Shown: positions 17,396-27,032, numbered from the stretch's first letter. The stretch is DNA of 43,595 nucleotides from a virus (IMGVR_UViG_3300010158_005116:1-43595); one strand, 5' to 3'. A program made the numbers and translations. Notes: generated by a model from the sequence alone, not told the origin.

Positions 17396-20002
17396 ATGGC
17401 AATCTTAAAATTAGGCAGCACACAAATCGGGGGAGTAGGTTTTGCTACTGCCCCAGGGAGAACATCACCAGTAATTGTTCCTTGGACTAGGCCAGTGGAA
17501 TGGATGGTTTTATCCGACGCCCCAACCCAGGGTGTCAGTGCCTTATATGGTGTTGAAAATAGTGATGGTAATTATGTAGCTGTATCTTGTACAACAAGTG
17601 CAGGAAACTATACTGTAAACTGGGGAGATGGTACTTCTACAACAGTCGCATCTGGTGTCCAAGCGGATCATCTTTATAATTACTCTGGTATTACCGATAC
17701 TTCTACAAGTAGTACTACACTGACCGTGGATGGCATGAAACAATGTGTTGTATCCATTACTCCTGTCTCAGGCAATTTAACATCCATAAACTTCAATGTT
17801 AAACATGCCAAGGCTGGTCTGGTTAGTGGTATGGGAGTAAATTGGTTGGAAGTAAATGTACAAGGAGCATCATTGGCTGGAACTGTGCCGATTGCCTTTG
17901 GAACAGCAACACAAGTTGTTTATTATAATTATTTAGAGCGTATTAATATAGGCACTACTGGAGTATTTACCAGTATGACATATATGTTTCAGGGTTGTAG
18001 GGCATTAAGAAGCATTGCTGGTATTCCAGATGTCACATCCGTTGTATATATTTCAAATATGTTTGTCAATTGTAACGCTCTACAAACAATACCAGCATTT
18101 TCTGGATCTGTATCAAATGTTCAATATATGGGAAGTATGTTTCTGAATTGCTATTCTCTACAAACAATTCCAGCATTTACAGGATCTGTGGCGGCTGTTA
18201 CAAATACAGCAAATATGTTTCTGAATTGCTATTCTCTACAAACAATTCCAGCATTTCCTGGGTCTGTGGCAAATGTCAATGGTATGAATGCTATGTTTAT
18301 GAATTGCTATTCTCTACAAACAATTCCAGCATTTCCTGGATCTGTGGCGGCTGTTACAAATATGGCAAGTATGTTTCTGAATTGTTATTCTCTTCAAACA
18401 ATTCCAGCATTTCCTGGATCTGTAGCAGCCGTTACAACTATGGCTAGTATGTTTCAGAATTGTTATTCTCTTCAAACAATACCAGCATTTCCTGGATCTG
18501 TGGCAAATGTCATAAGTATGCAAAATATGTTTGTTGGCTGTACTTCTCTTCAAACAATACCAGCATTTCCTGGATCTGTAGCTAATATTACTAGTATGGT
18601 AAATATGTTTAACGGTTGTGGTAGCCTTCAAACAATTCCAGCATTTCCTGGATCTGTGGTGGCTGTTACAAGTATGCAGAATATGTTTCTTGGCTGCACT
18701 TCTCTTCAAACAATACCAGCATTTCCTGGATCTGTAGCGAATGTTACAAATATGAACAGTATGTTTAATGCTTGTACTTCTCTTCAAACAATTCCAGCAT
18801 TTCCTGGATCTGTGGCGGCTGTTACAAATATGGGAAGTATGTTTAACGGTTGCAACTCTCTTATATCCATACCGACAATGGATCTAGGTTATAACACAGC
18901 AAAAGACAGAGCACAACATCTCACCACTCCCAACTGGACATTTTCTGTGGCTGATTGGACATTCGGCACAAATACAATTCAAAAGTTAACAACTGGTGCT
19001 GCTGGAACTGCAACAAATGTATCGTCATATAGACCTACTAATATTGTTAGTAGCCAATCTCTGGCAGTAAATGGTTATATTACAACACCGTCGCCTCATG
19101 GATTCACCGATGGTGATAGAATTCAGTTTTCAGCACTGGTTGGTGGAGCAGGTTTAACAACCTCTGGCGTGTATCTTGCACGAACGGCTGGTCTTCTTAC
19201 TCCAGCAACCCAATTTAAGCTTACAGATTTACTAGGTAATGTAATTGCCTTTACTACTAACGTCACATCAGCTACTCTCGATAGGCAGAATATGGCTGTT
19301 GTAGCGAATACAGTATACAAGGTTACAATAGTAGTTGATTCGGCTAGTACAGGAGCTACATATACTCTTGGAGGTGCTGCTGGAACAGCACTAACAGCAG
19401 CAGGCACATATGTAGACTATATCACAGCAACTACTACCGCCAATATGATAATAACTGCCGTGAAATCAGCGACAATTACAATATCTTCAATCATTATAGA
19501 AGAAGTAGTATTAGCCACAACAGCACTCACCTCAGATTATTCTCTGGCATCATCTAATATCACAGGTATGAGAAGATCTATTTCTTATACAGGGTGTAAA
19601 CTATCCAGAGTAGGTATTGTGAATATCTTTAATAATCTAGGGACGAGTGAACCAGCAGCACAAGTGATTGACGTATCAGCTAATCATGGCACTCCTGATT
19701 TAATTGCAGTTATGGCTACTCTTACAACATCAACTCCGTCAACAATAAATACTGTTGCCGCTCATGGTTTGGCTATAGGTGACTACATTAGATTCTCATC
19801 TCTTACTGGTGGAGCTGGATTAGCTACAGCAACAACATACAAAATTGCTGCATCTGGATTTACCACAACAGCATTTACTCTTGTTGATGCTGCAACAGGA
19901 TTAACACCTGTAACATTTTCAACCAATATTACAGCAGGAACCGTAAATAGATATGATTATGGCATTGTAATTGCCAAGGGATGGACTGCAACTGGATCTT
20001 AA
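17396..20002 (+). CDS. Putative virion adhesin with BspA/DUF285-like leucine-rich repeats, PKD-like domain and inserted beta domains
   Basis: WTRPVEW, YTVNWGDG (PKD-like), 26-aa SLQTIPAFPGSVxxVxxMxxMFxxC repeats, and a C-cap ISYTGCKLS...IFNNLG...AKGWT. Confidence 0.8.
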   Translation: MAILKLGSTQIGGVGFATAPGRTSPVIVPWTRPVEWMVLSDAPTQGVSALYGVENSDGNYVAVSCTTSAGNYTVNWGDGTSTTVASGVQADHLYNYSGITDTSTSSTTLTVDGMKQCVVSITPVSGNLTSINFNVKHAKAGLVSGMGVNWLEVNVQGASLAGTVPIAFGTATQVVYYNYLERINIGTTGVFTSMTYMFQGCRALRSIAGIPDVTSVVYISNMFVNCNALQTIPAFSGSVSNVQYMGSMFLNCYSLQTIPAFTGSVAAVTNTANMFLNCYSLQTIPAFPGSVANVNGMNAMFMNCYSLQTIPAFPGSVAAVTNMASMFLNCYSLQTIPAFPGSVAAVTTMASMFQNCYSLQTIPAFPGSVANVISMQNMFVGCTSLQTIPAFPGSVANITSMVNMFNGCGSLQTIPAFPGSVVAVTSMQNMFLGCTSLQTIPAFPGSVANVTNMNSMFNACTSLQTIPAFPGSVAAVTNMGSMFNGCNSLISIPTMDLGYNTAKDRAQHLTTPNWTFSVADWTFGTNTIQKLTTGAAGTATNVSSYRPTNIVSSQSLAVNGYITTPSPHGFTDGDRIQFSALVGGAGLTTSGVYLARTAGLLTPATQFKLTDLLGNVIAFTTNVTSATLDRQNMAVVANTVYKVTIVVDSASTGATYTLGGAAGTALTAAGTYVDYITATTTANMIITAVKSATITISSIIIEEVVLATTALTSDYSLASSNITGMRRSISYTGCKLSRVGIVNIFNNLGTSEPAAQVIDVSANHGTPDLIAVMATLTTSTPSTINTVAAHGLAIGDYIRFSSLTGGAGLATATTYKIAASGFTTTAFTLVDAATGLTPVTFSTNITAGTVNRYDYGIVIAKGWTATGS
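18060..18860 (+). repeat. Ten 78-bp coding tandem repeats (26-aa LRR-like unit)
   Basis: caaacaat(t/a)ccagcattt-c-ggatctgt recurs every 78 nt (e.g. aattg at 18146 and 18224); there are ten LQTIPAF units. Confidence 0.95.
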
Positions 20003-20006
20003 TAAT

Positions 20007-20207
20007 ATGAACGACCAAGAAGATACATCAGGATTTTATATGTATGACTCACAACTTTTCTATGCAAAAGGTTTTGTGGCATCCGCAGAATTTGAACTCA
20101 ATAGAGAAGACAAAGATAAATATACATATCCAGTATATGGATGGTATTATTTTGAATCGGAAGACGAAGCATATGCTTTTTTCAATTTAACACAACAAAC
20201 ACAATAA
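20007..20207 (+). CDS. Small acidic protein (66 aa), possible fibre assembly partner
   Basis: ATG at 20007 (MNDQEDTSGFY...YTYPVYGWYYFESEDEAYAFF), fitting between two structural genes. Confidence 0.7.
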   Translation: MNDQEDTSGFYMYDSQLFYAKGFVASAEFELNREDKDKYTYPVYGWYYFESEDEAYAFFNLTQQTQ

Positions 20208-20208
20208 T

Positions 20209-22197
20209 ATGAGCTACTTTAATTCCGTAAACATCGTGACAAATATGCCCGACAGCCAAGTTGTCGGAACAATAACAGTTAATGATGGTTCGTCAGCCAG
20301 TTATGTATCAATTCCACTTGCTGGTCATAAATCTTGCTCAGCTACCATTTCTGGTTCTTGGTCAGGAACTTTAATTACAGAATCATCTACTGATGGCGGA
20401 ACTACATGGGTAACTAGTTGGGTGCAATCCATTGCTCCTGCATTATTAGCGTCTATTCTTAATCCTATAAATTATTTATATGCAAATGGAGCATTTTCTT
20501 TCTTCTTGATTGCGGGTATTACCAATTATCGTGTACGAGCGATTGCTGGCACATGGTCTGGAACCGCATCTGTTAAATTAACAGCAACTGAAGTCGCTGG
20601 TCCGAGCTTTGCAGCAACATCCATTATTCAAAATATTCTTTCCGATACATTGAATACTTACACAGGAACTTTGGCATCCAATGCAACTTATGTTGGAGTT
20701 GGTTCTAGTACGCTGGGTATTGCTGGCATTCAAATGACTTTTAAAGCGGATCAAAACTGTATTATCACAGTTGATCAATCAGGTTTACCAATTGCAGGTG
20801 CTGGAACTGTGGCAACCAATGGAACAACCGCTTTGGTAGGAACTGGCACATTCTTTACAAGAGATTTAATTATTGGAGATGAAATATTTGTAACAAATGA
20901 GACTTCTCGTAAAGTTACTGCTATTGCAGATGATACACATTTAACAGTTGGTGTTGCATTTTCTACAACTGCATCGGGAACGGCGTTTACTCAATATTAT
21001 TGGGACATTCATGATGTTACCAATTACAATCCTATAACAGATAACTTTGGACAGACATTCCAAGCAGTAGGTCTATTCTATCGAGTACGTCTTAAAAATA
21101 TCAGTCCGACAACGGCAACAGCATATACTCGCATGTCAATTGCTTTATGCCCAATTGTTGAGGCTCTTCCAAGAGCATTATCAGATGCGGGTAATCTTAA
21201 GACCGCTGTATATGAAATTGCAGACGGATTTGGTAATACTGTCGGAATAACACCTCATCATACTCTACGAACCAGCAGCACATTTAAATTGGTTGGTTCA
21301 AAATTTGGAAACAGCGTAGATACGAACTTTTGGACACTAACATCCAATGGCACCGCTTCTGCCAATGCAGTATCAAATGGAATCAATACATTATCATCAG
21401 GAACAGCAAATGCTGGATATGCTCAAACACAGTCGGTACGACTAGCAAGATATTCAGGAGGTATTCCCAATCTTTATAGAGCACAACACAGAATGCCAAC
21501 AGTGGCAGCAGCTTTAAATACAAGACGATTTGGAGCATTCACCGTAGCAACTCGGGTCCCTCAAGATGGATTTTACTTTGAAGTATCTGCTGCTGGTGTG
21601 TTATCTGTAAATTGTGTACGTGATGCATCGGTTCAAAGTGTGTCATCTGGTAACTTTAATGGAAGTTTAAATTTCTTTACTCTTGATACAAATGGACATG
21701 TTTATGAAATAGTATATGCCTTTTCTCAAGTAGACTTTCTTATTGATGGGCAAGTAGTTCATATATTTACACCGACGACATCTCCTTTGACGTCTGATAT
21801 GGATTTACCTGTTACAACTCAATCCATAAATGGAGCATCAGGAACAACATCAGGTGTTCTTGAAAATTGGTTCTGTGGCATTAATAGAATGGGAGAAGAA
21901 GCAGCAGCTCCAAAGTGGGTGCACGTGGTTGGTGCTACTGGTGGTGGCACATTAACACAACTAAAAACTGGATCAGGAAGACTGCGAAGTATCAATATCA
22001 ATACATTAGAAGATGGCTCTGCTATAAGAATATATGATGCATCATCGGCAACCAATGCTATTGGTTTAATAACCATAACATCTGGAAATCAGGGTGCAAA
22101 ACTGCCCGTTAATATGACATATAATCTAGACTTTTATACGGGATTATATGCTGTTGTTATTGGTACAACAACTGATGTAACATTTATTTACGAATAA
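20209..22197 (+). CDS. Putative virion structural / fibre protein (beta-rich, lectin-like region)
   Basis: 662 aa, Thr/Ser/Gly/Ala-rich; ISGSWSGTLITESSTDGGTTW; HVYEI...VDFLIDGQVV resembles a concanavalin/LamG-like motif. Confidence 0.65.
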   Translation: MSYFNSVNIVTNMPDSQVVGTITVNDGSSASYVSIPLAGHKSCSATISGSWSGTLITESSTDGGTTWVTSWVQSIAPALLASILNPINYLYANGAFSFFLIAGITNYRVRAIAGTWSGTASVKLTATEVAGPSFAATSIIQNILSDTLNTYTGTLASNATYVGVGSSTLGIAGIQMTFKADQNCIITVDQSGLPIAGAGTVATNGTTALVGTGTFFTRDLIIGDEIFVTNETSRKVTAIADDTHLTVGVAFSTTASGTAFTQYYWDIHDVTNYNPITDNFGQTFQAVGLFYRVRLKNISPTTATAYTRMSIALCPIVEALPRALSDAGNLKTAVYEIADGFGNTVGITPHHTLRTSSTFKLVGSKFGNSVDTNFWTLTSNGTASANAVSNGINTLSSGTANAGYAQTQSVRLARYSGGIPNLYRAQHRMPTVAAALNTRRFGAFTVATRVPQDGFYFEVSAAGVLSVNCVRDASVQSVSSGNFNGSLNFFTLDTNGHVYEIVYAFSQVDFLIDGQVVHIFTPTTSPLTSDMDLPVTTQSINGASGTTSGVLENWFCGINRMGEEAAAPKWVHVVGATGGGTLTQLKTGSGRLRSININTLEDGSAIRIYDASSATNAIGLITITSGNQGAKLPVNMTYNLDFYTGLYAVVIGTTTDVTFIYE

Positions 22198-23256
22198 TTA
22201 TTCTTGGTCTTGACCAATAATAGGTTCAAACATAGTCTTATAAATGAATTCATAACTCTTTAAAACAGAAGGAATATTTGAGAATCTTTGATTATTATTT
22301 GAGAATTTTGTTGCCATTTCTAGTATCTTGATTGGTCTAAAAGAGGAGAATATATATACTTCTTTTAGATAAGATATCAGCATTTCGAGGAAAGTTTTTC
22401 TAATCACGACTTCATAACAAGCTTTGTATTCAGACCAACAATTTGGCAACAAATCTTTAGAATGGAAATTAAATATTTGTCTTTCGGTATCTTGATTCAC
22501 TCCAATATTGATTACTAATGATGCAAGATCAAAATAACGATTTCCTTTAAAAGAATTATCAAAATCAATAAAATCGAAACTTTTACCACGAAAAAGTATG
22601 TTTGACGGTTTAAGGTCGCCGTGACAAAATTCTTCTTTTCTTAAATGTTGTATTTTTGAATAAAATAAAATTTCTTTTTTTAGGTCTTCTATGATTTTAT
22701 TTATTTTGTCGAAACTTGAGTGACTTTTTATAGACTCTATAGCCTCATCAGGAAACGAGTTTAAATCATTTGATTTAAGGAATTTTTCTAAATATTCATC
22801 AAAGCACATCTCTGGAAGAAACCCATTTTGCAAAGAACCGAAATCAACCAAGAATTGCTCTTTGTGTTCAAATAACGAACAAAGTCCACTGTTTTTGACG
22901 TTCTCTGCAAATTCAAAAGAGCTAATAGAGTAATGAATTGGGTCTCCAAATTTGATTTTATTGTATTTAATTGGTGCGGCAGTCCTAAAGTTTTTTAAAT
23001 TTTTTACTACCTCATGTTCATGCTTTAAGGATGTGTTGTTCGCGTCAAAGCTGTATTTAATGTAGTACCACCTGCTGCCGCAAACAACCCTATAAGCATC
23101 GTAATCATAATTGGAGGCTATAAATGCAGTTTGAGAGGGTTCTTCAAGATTAGCGTCTTTACAGATTTTAATGAGAATTTCGTTATTGTCTTCAAATACG
23201 TCCTTTTCTATTTCAAAAAGATATGGTCTGTTTTTATATAGCGTATCAAAGTTCAT
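22198..23256 (-). CDS. APH/choline-kinase-family phosphotransferase
   Basis: YYIKY...LKHE, catalytic loop FCHGDLKPSNILF, FIDFD, YFDLA. Confidence 0.8.
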   Translation of the reverse strand: MNFDTLYKNRPYLFEIEKDVFEDNNEILIKICKDANLEEPSQTAFIASNYDYDAYRVVCGSRWYYIKYSFDANNTSLKHEHEVVKNLKNFRTAAPIKYNKIKFGDPIHYSISSFEFAENVKNSGLCSLFEHKEQFLVDFGSLQNGFLPEMCFDEYLEKFLKSNDLNSFPDEAIESIKSHSSFDKINKIIEDLKKEILFYSKIQHLRKEEFCHGDLKPSNILFRGKSFDFIDFDNSFKGNRYFDLASLVINIGVNQDTERQIFNFHSKDLLPNCWSEYKACYEVVIRKTFLEMLISYLKEVYIFSSFRPIKILEMATKFSNNNQRFSNIPSVLKSYEFIYKTMFEPIIGQDQE

Positions 23257-23268
23257 AAACTATTATAC

Positions 23269-23300
23269 AAAAAAACCCCAGTCTTTCGACTGGGGTTTTT
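23269..23300. terminator. Bidirectional intrinsic terminator
   Basis: aaaaacccca-gtc-tttc-gac-tggggttttt is a perfect inverted repeat; on the minus strand it is CCCCAGTC-GAAA-GACTGGGG followed by T7. Confidence 0.9.
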
Positions 23301-23322
23301 GTTGCGGGTTATATTGAGTCGA

Positions 23323-23538
23323 TTATGCAATCTGTACTGCTCCCATGGACAGACGAGTCAAACTAGTCTTGGCAATCTTGCGATAGTTGAAACTATTGCG
23401 ATCATAGACGACGACATAGCTAGGGGTCTGCTCTACATACTGAGCATTAATGTTTGCTCCTTGTTTGGTCGAGAGACCAAAGAAGCGTCCACGGCTATTA
23501 GTCATTGCATTCACGATGTTCTGTTGCTTTGTATTCAT
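23323..23538 (-). CDS. Small basic hypothetical protein (71 aa)
   Basis: Bracketed by a sigma70-like promoter (23547-23575) and the terminator at 23269-23300. Confidence 0.75.
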   Translation of the reverse strand: MNTKQQNIVNAMTNSRGRFFGLSTKQGANINAQYVEQTPSYVVVYDRNSFNYRKIAKTSLTRLSMGAVQIA

Positions 23539-23546
23539 ATGACCTA

Positions 23547-23575
23547 ATCTTACTCTAGATTAACTTTGCCGTCAA
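23547..23575 (-). promoter_or_regulatory. Sigma70-like promoter TTGACG-N17-TAAGAT, 8 nt before ATG 23538
   Basis: Read directly from the minus strand; lies in the 3' end of the ClpA-like gene. Confidence 0.65.
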
Positions 23576-25823
23576 GAATTTTCGCACTGATTTTTGTCTT
23601 TTTTGGATTTTGGACAATGAATTTCGCCAATGGGACTTCTACATAATTTCTGATTGTCTTTTTAACCTCTCTAGCGTGATCTTGTGAATTTTTATTCAAA
23701 TTAAAGAGATCTTCTGGGGAGAATAATGGGATGAAAGAAATGCCCTGATTCTTGAGGCAATCTACGATTTCTAAAGTTTTTGATTTAAAAATATTAATAA
23801 TAGATTCTTTGTTTAAATTATTGAAAATAACAATTTCATCAATTCTTGAAATGAATTCTGGGGGCATCATTTTCTTCACTGAGGATTCGAATTTTTCGCT
23901 TTGAGTCTCGCTTGAAGGCACAAACCCAATATCGGTGCTGAGAGCGGATTTAGAGCCTATATTGCCAGTAAGAACCACTATGCAGCGGGAAAAGTCAATT
24001 GAGCGATGCAGGTTGTCATTTAGCCTAGCTTCATCAAGAATTTGAAGCAATAGGTTCAATACATTTGGGTTGCATTTCTCGGCTTCATCGAAAAGGATTA
24101 GGCTATTGGGATTCTTTCTCACGAATTCTGTAAGGATTCCTCCTTCTTCATAACCAACATAGCCAGCACTTGCCCCAACCAATTTTGAAATGGAAGATTG
24201 CTCTTGGTACTCACTCATGTTCAATTGCAAAAAGCTTTTATCATTTCCGTAAAACTCTTTAGCTATTTGTTTTGCGGTGAATGTCTTGCCCACACTTGTT
24301 GGACCAACAAAAAAGAAACTTGCTATTGGGCGGCTTTTGTTTTGAAGTCCAGCTTTTGCGCAAGATAAAACATCGTAAATCTTTTTAATGTTTTCTGTCT
24401 GACCAAAAACGGACTTTTCAATGTTTTCGGAAAAGGATGAAAATGATTTGCGGTGAGATTGTCTAATCGTATCTATGTCTACTTTTGCTTTATCGGCAAT
24501 GACCCGATACACGTCGTCGCAAGATACTTTAGGAAGCTTTTCTTTTGAATTGATTCTTGTCTTCGATGCTGATTGATCTACAACATCAAACGCTTTATCT
24601 GGAAATCTCTGATGAGGCAAGTAAGTTTCGCATAAAGAGACAATTAATTTCGCAATGTTCTTAGGGAAAATTACTTTGTGATGATCTTCATAACTTTTTA
24701 GAGTTGGGAGAACCATCTTTAAAACATGATCGGCATTAGGCTCTGAGATTTCAATCGCATGAAAGCGGCGAGAAAGTGCAGCATCTTTTTCAAAATACTT
24801 TTTGTATTCAGAAGAAGTGGTTGCGCCGATACATTTGATTTCTCCCCTAGCTAATGCTGGTTTAAGCATATTGGCCAAATCTTGAGATCCAGCTTTGCTG
24901 CCTGCGCCAATGATTGTGTGAATTTCGTCAATGAAGAGAATGCAGTCTGTCGATTTTTTAAGTTTTGACAGAATGTGGCTGAATCTTTCTTCGAATTGTC
25001 CTCTAAATTTAGTTCCAGCAATCAGCAATCCGATATCCAAAGAGTATACTTTTTTGTTTAAAAGTGGTCCAGAATAATCTGGATTACTAATTAGTTGGGC
25101 AAGCCCCTCAACAACGGTTGTTTTGCCAGTTCCAGCCTCTCCGACGAGAATACAATTGCTTTTTGTTTTTCTACAGAGAATCTCTTCCATTAAAGAAATC
25201 TCTTTCTCTCTTCCTGAAATTGTTCCGTAGCTTGGGGATGTTACGACCTTATTGAGAAGAGTGCAATATTTTCCAAGGAAGTCTATTTCTTTTTCTTCTT
25301 CTTCGTCGTCATCTTCATCGCCAGAATGTTCATGTTCTTCTTTCCTAGAAGATAGAGAAGATGATTCATTAGAGATAAATGCGAGAATAGAAAGTTTTAA
25401 ATGTTCAGTATCTATATCATTCTCAAAAAGGAATTCACAAGCGTCTTCGTTAAACTCTAGAAACTTGTATATCATATGTTCTGTGCCAATATAAGCGTGC
25501 CCATATTTTTTAGACAAAACTTCTGCGCCGTCAATTAATTTTGAAATTGATTTATTGATGGTGGTGGGATCGACGTTTTGATTGAAAAGATCAGGATGCT
25601 TTTTGGCAAACCTTTTAATCAGGGGAACCAACGACTCTTCTTCTATTCTGAAACCCCTGCTATCTAAAAAGTTTTTAAAAATAGCATTCGAATGAGAAAT
25701 ACACAAACAAAAGACATGAAATGAATTCGGTATGTTGTGTCCTAGAGATTTCGAGAACGGTTGAAGTTGCGATATGCACCTGTGGGCGCTTGAAGTAAAA
25801 CTGAATTTTTCGACTGCCATCAT
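23550..25823 (-). CDS. ClpA/ClpC-like Hsp100 AAA+ ATPase
   Basis: Clp N-domain (GHAYIGTEH); GEAGTGKT / LFIDEIH; AGTKFRGQFEER; RFPDKAFD; GPTSVGKT / LFDEAEK; GYVGYEEGG; IGF loop. Confidence 0.92.
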   Translation of the reverse strand: MMAVEKFSFTSSAHRCISQLQPFSKSLGHNIPNSFHVFCLCISHSNAIFKNFLDSRGFRIEEESLVPLIKRFAKKHPDLFNQNVDPTTINKSISKLIDGAEVLSKKYGHAYIGTEHMIYKFLEFNEDACEFLFENDIDTEHLKLSILAFISNESSSLSSRKEEHEHSGDEDDDEEEEKEIDFLGKYCTLLNKVVTSPSYGTISGREKEISLMEEILCRKTKSNCILVGEAGTGKTTVVEGLAQLISNPDYSGPLLNKKVYSLDIGLLIAGTKFRGQFEERFSHILSKLKKSTDCILFIDEIHTIIGAGSKAGSQDLANMLKPALARGEIKCIGATTSSEYKKYFEKDAALSRRFHAIEISEPNADHVLKMVLPTLKSYEDHHKVIFPKNIAKLIVSLCETYLPHQRFPDKAFDVVDQSASKTRINSKEKLPKVSCDDVYRVIADKAKVDIDTIRQSHRKSFSSFSENIEKSVFGQTENIKKIYDVLSCAKAGLQNKSRPIASFFFVGPTSVGKTFTAKQIAKEFYGNDKSFLQLNMSEYQEQSSISKLVGASAGYVGYEEGGILTEFVRKNPNSLILFDEAEKCNPNVLNLLLQILDEARLNDNLHRSIDFSRCIVVLTGNIGSKSALSTDIGFVPSSETQSEKFESSVKKMMPPEFISRIDEIVIFNNLNKESIINIFKSKTLEIVDCLKNQGISFIPLFSPEDLFNLNKNSQDHAREVKKTIRNYVEVPLAKFIVQNPKKTKISAKILDGKVNLE

Positions 25824-25829
25824 AATTTT

Positions 25830-25835
25830 TTACAC
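25830..25835 (-). promoter_or_regulatory. GTGTAA motif upstream of the ClpA-like gene
   Basis: Minus strand gtgtaa-aaaatt-ATG-ATG: 6 nt to ATG 25823 and 9 nt to ATG 25820. Confidence 0.5.
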
Positions 25836-27032
25836 TTATTTTATCTCCGATAGTTTCATATAGATTTTGTCTTCAAGCAAGGACATTTTATCAATCATGA
25901 TGATATCGTTGCTCTTTCTTCCAGTAAAGATAACGATGCCTCCTTTTTTCGGCATATCCTTACCAGATCTAATATAATCACTGTATTTAGCCTCTCTTTG
26001 CGAATCAAGGAGAAGGGCAGAAATGCTACCCGTATCATCAGATAAGTCTAGGCGAGCATACTTATTACCATTTGCGCTAGTTCTACTCATGATATCCATT
26101 AAAGTTCCGACGAATCTAACTTGAGAATTGTTTTCGGATTCTTTGATATCGTTAGATGAGATAAGCTCTCCGCTTATTTCTTCTTTGAAGATTTCTCGGA
26201 TATTTTGAGAATAGCTGTAGCCAAGAAGTTTTGTTTCAAAATGCCAATTTGCAAATTTTAAATACTTTTTATTCTTCTCGTAGATCGCTCGATATGGAGC
26301 ATACTTTGTTTTGAATGTCGCAAATCTCTTTTCAGAAAAAATGCCCTTATTGTCGTCACCGATCATTGCTGTTTTAGTGGCGACACTGATAGATTCTAGA
26401 ATATCGTATTCGTATTCTTTACCGATAGCCAAGAAGTTTCTCTTCTCCCTATCAGTTAAGAGATTGAAGCACTGAGCTTCAAGAACCAATCGGCATCTAT
26501 CTTTTTTGACGAAAGCGTCTAATACTCCAGCTTGAATCAGGGCTGATAAAGCTCCGATATTCAATCCAGCTTGTTTTGCTGCCATGAAGACTTCATACTT
26601 GTTAAAGAATTCACCTTCTCTGAACTCAAGAAGAGATTCAAGGACGCTGGTAGATACTCCTTTAATAGAATTTAATCCATAACGAATATCCTTACCTTCA
26701 ATACAAAAATCAATCTGAGACTTAGACAAATCTGGCGGCAAGAGTTTGATATCGAAGTTCGCCAGCTCTTGGGTGATCTTATTAATTTCATCAAGAGTAT
26801 CTGGTTCAAACTGCGTAAATTTAAGCAAGCTCAAAAAGAAGTTTTGAGGATAATTGAACTTGAGATACACAGTAATTGCTGCAAGATAAGCATACGAAAT
26901 GGAATGAGAGTTGCTAGTAACGATTCCTTCGCAATAGAAGTTATGATCTTTATGATCAACTTCTAAATCTATAGTCTTTTTAATACCAACGGGCTTGATA
27001 GAGACTATTTTTTGAATTTTTGTAGGGTTCAT
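25836..27032 (-). CDS. dnaE: DNA polymerase III alpha C-terminal part preceded by split-intein C-fragment
   Basis: After the 41-aa IntC come SHSISYAY...YLKFNYP, LLPPDLSKS, IRYGLNSIKGV (HhH), LIQAGVLD, ETKLLGY and an OB fold. Confidence 0.92.
   Translation of the reverse strand: MNPTKIQKIVSIKPVGIKKTIDLEVDHKDHNFYCEGIVTSNSHSISYAYLAAITVYLKFNYPQNFFLSLLKFTQFEPDTLDEINKITQELANFDIKLLPPDLSKSQIDFCIEGKDIRYGLNSIKGVSTSVLESLLEFREGEFFNKYEVFMAAKQAGLNIGALSALIQAGVLDAFVKKDRCRLVLEAQCFNLLTDREKRNFLAIGKEYEYDILESISVATKTAMIGDDNKGIFSEKRFATFKTKYAPYRAIYEKNKKYLKFANWHFETKLLGYSYSQNIREIFKEEISGELISSNDIKESENNSQVRFVGTLMDIMSRTSANGNKYARLDLSDDTGSISALLLDSQREAKYSDYIRSGKDMPKKGGIVIFTGRKSNDIIMIDKMSLLEDKIYMKLSEIK
26910..27032 (-). other. 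Split intein C-fragment (IntC, 41 aa)
   Basis: MNPTKIQKIVSIKPVGIKKTIDLEVDHKDHNFYCEGIVTSN|S has block F (IDLEV..DHNF), terminal Asn and a +1 Ser nucleophile. Confidence 0.92.

Noticed and set aside
18314-18787. Antisense ORF with repeating HxC...CWxC motifs resembling zinc fingers
   Set aside because: It is the reverse-strand shadow of the 78-bp coding repeat, with no independent start signal or context.
18060-18860. 78-bp repeats as a CRISPR array or DGR template/variable repeat
   Set aside because: The units are in-frame coding repeats without unique spacers. Variation is not evidently adenine-specific, and no reverse transcriptase is present in the window.
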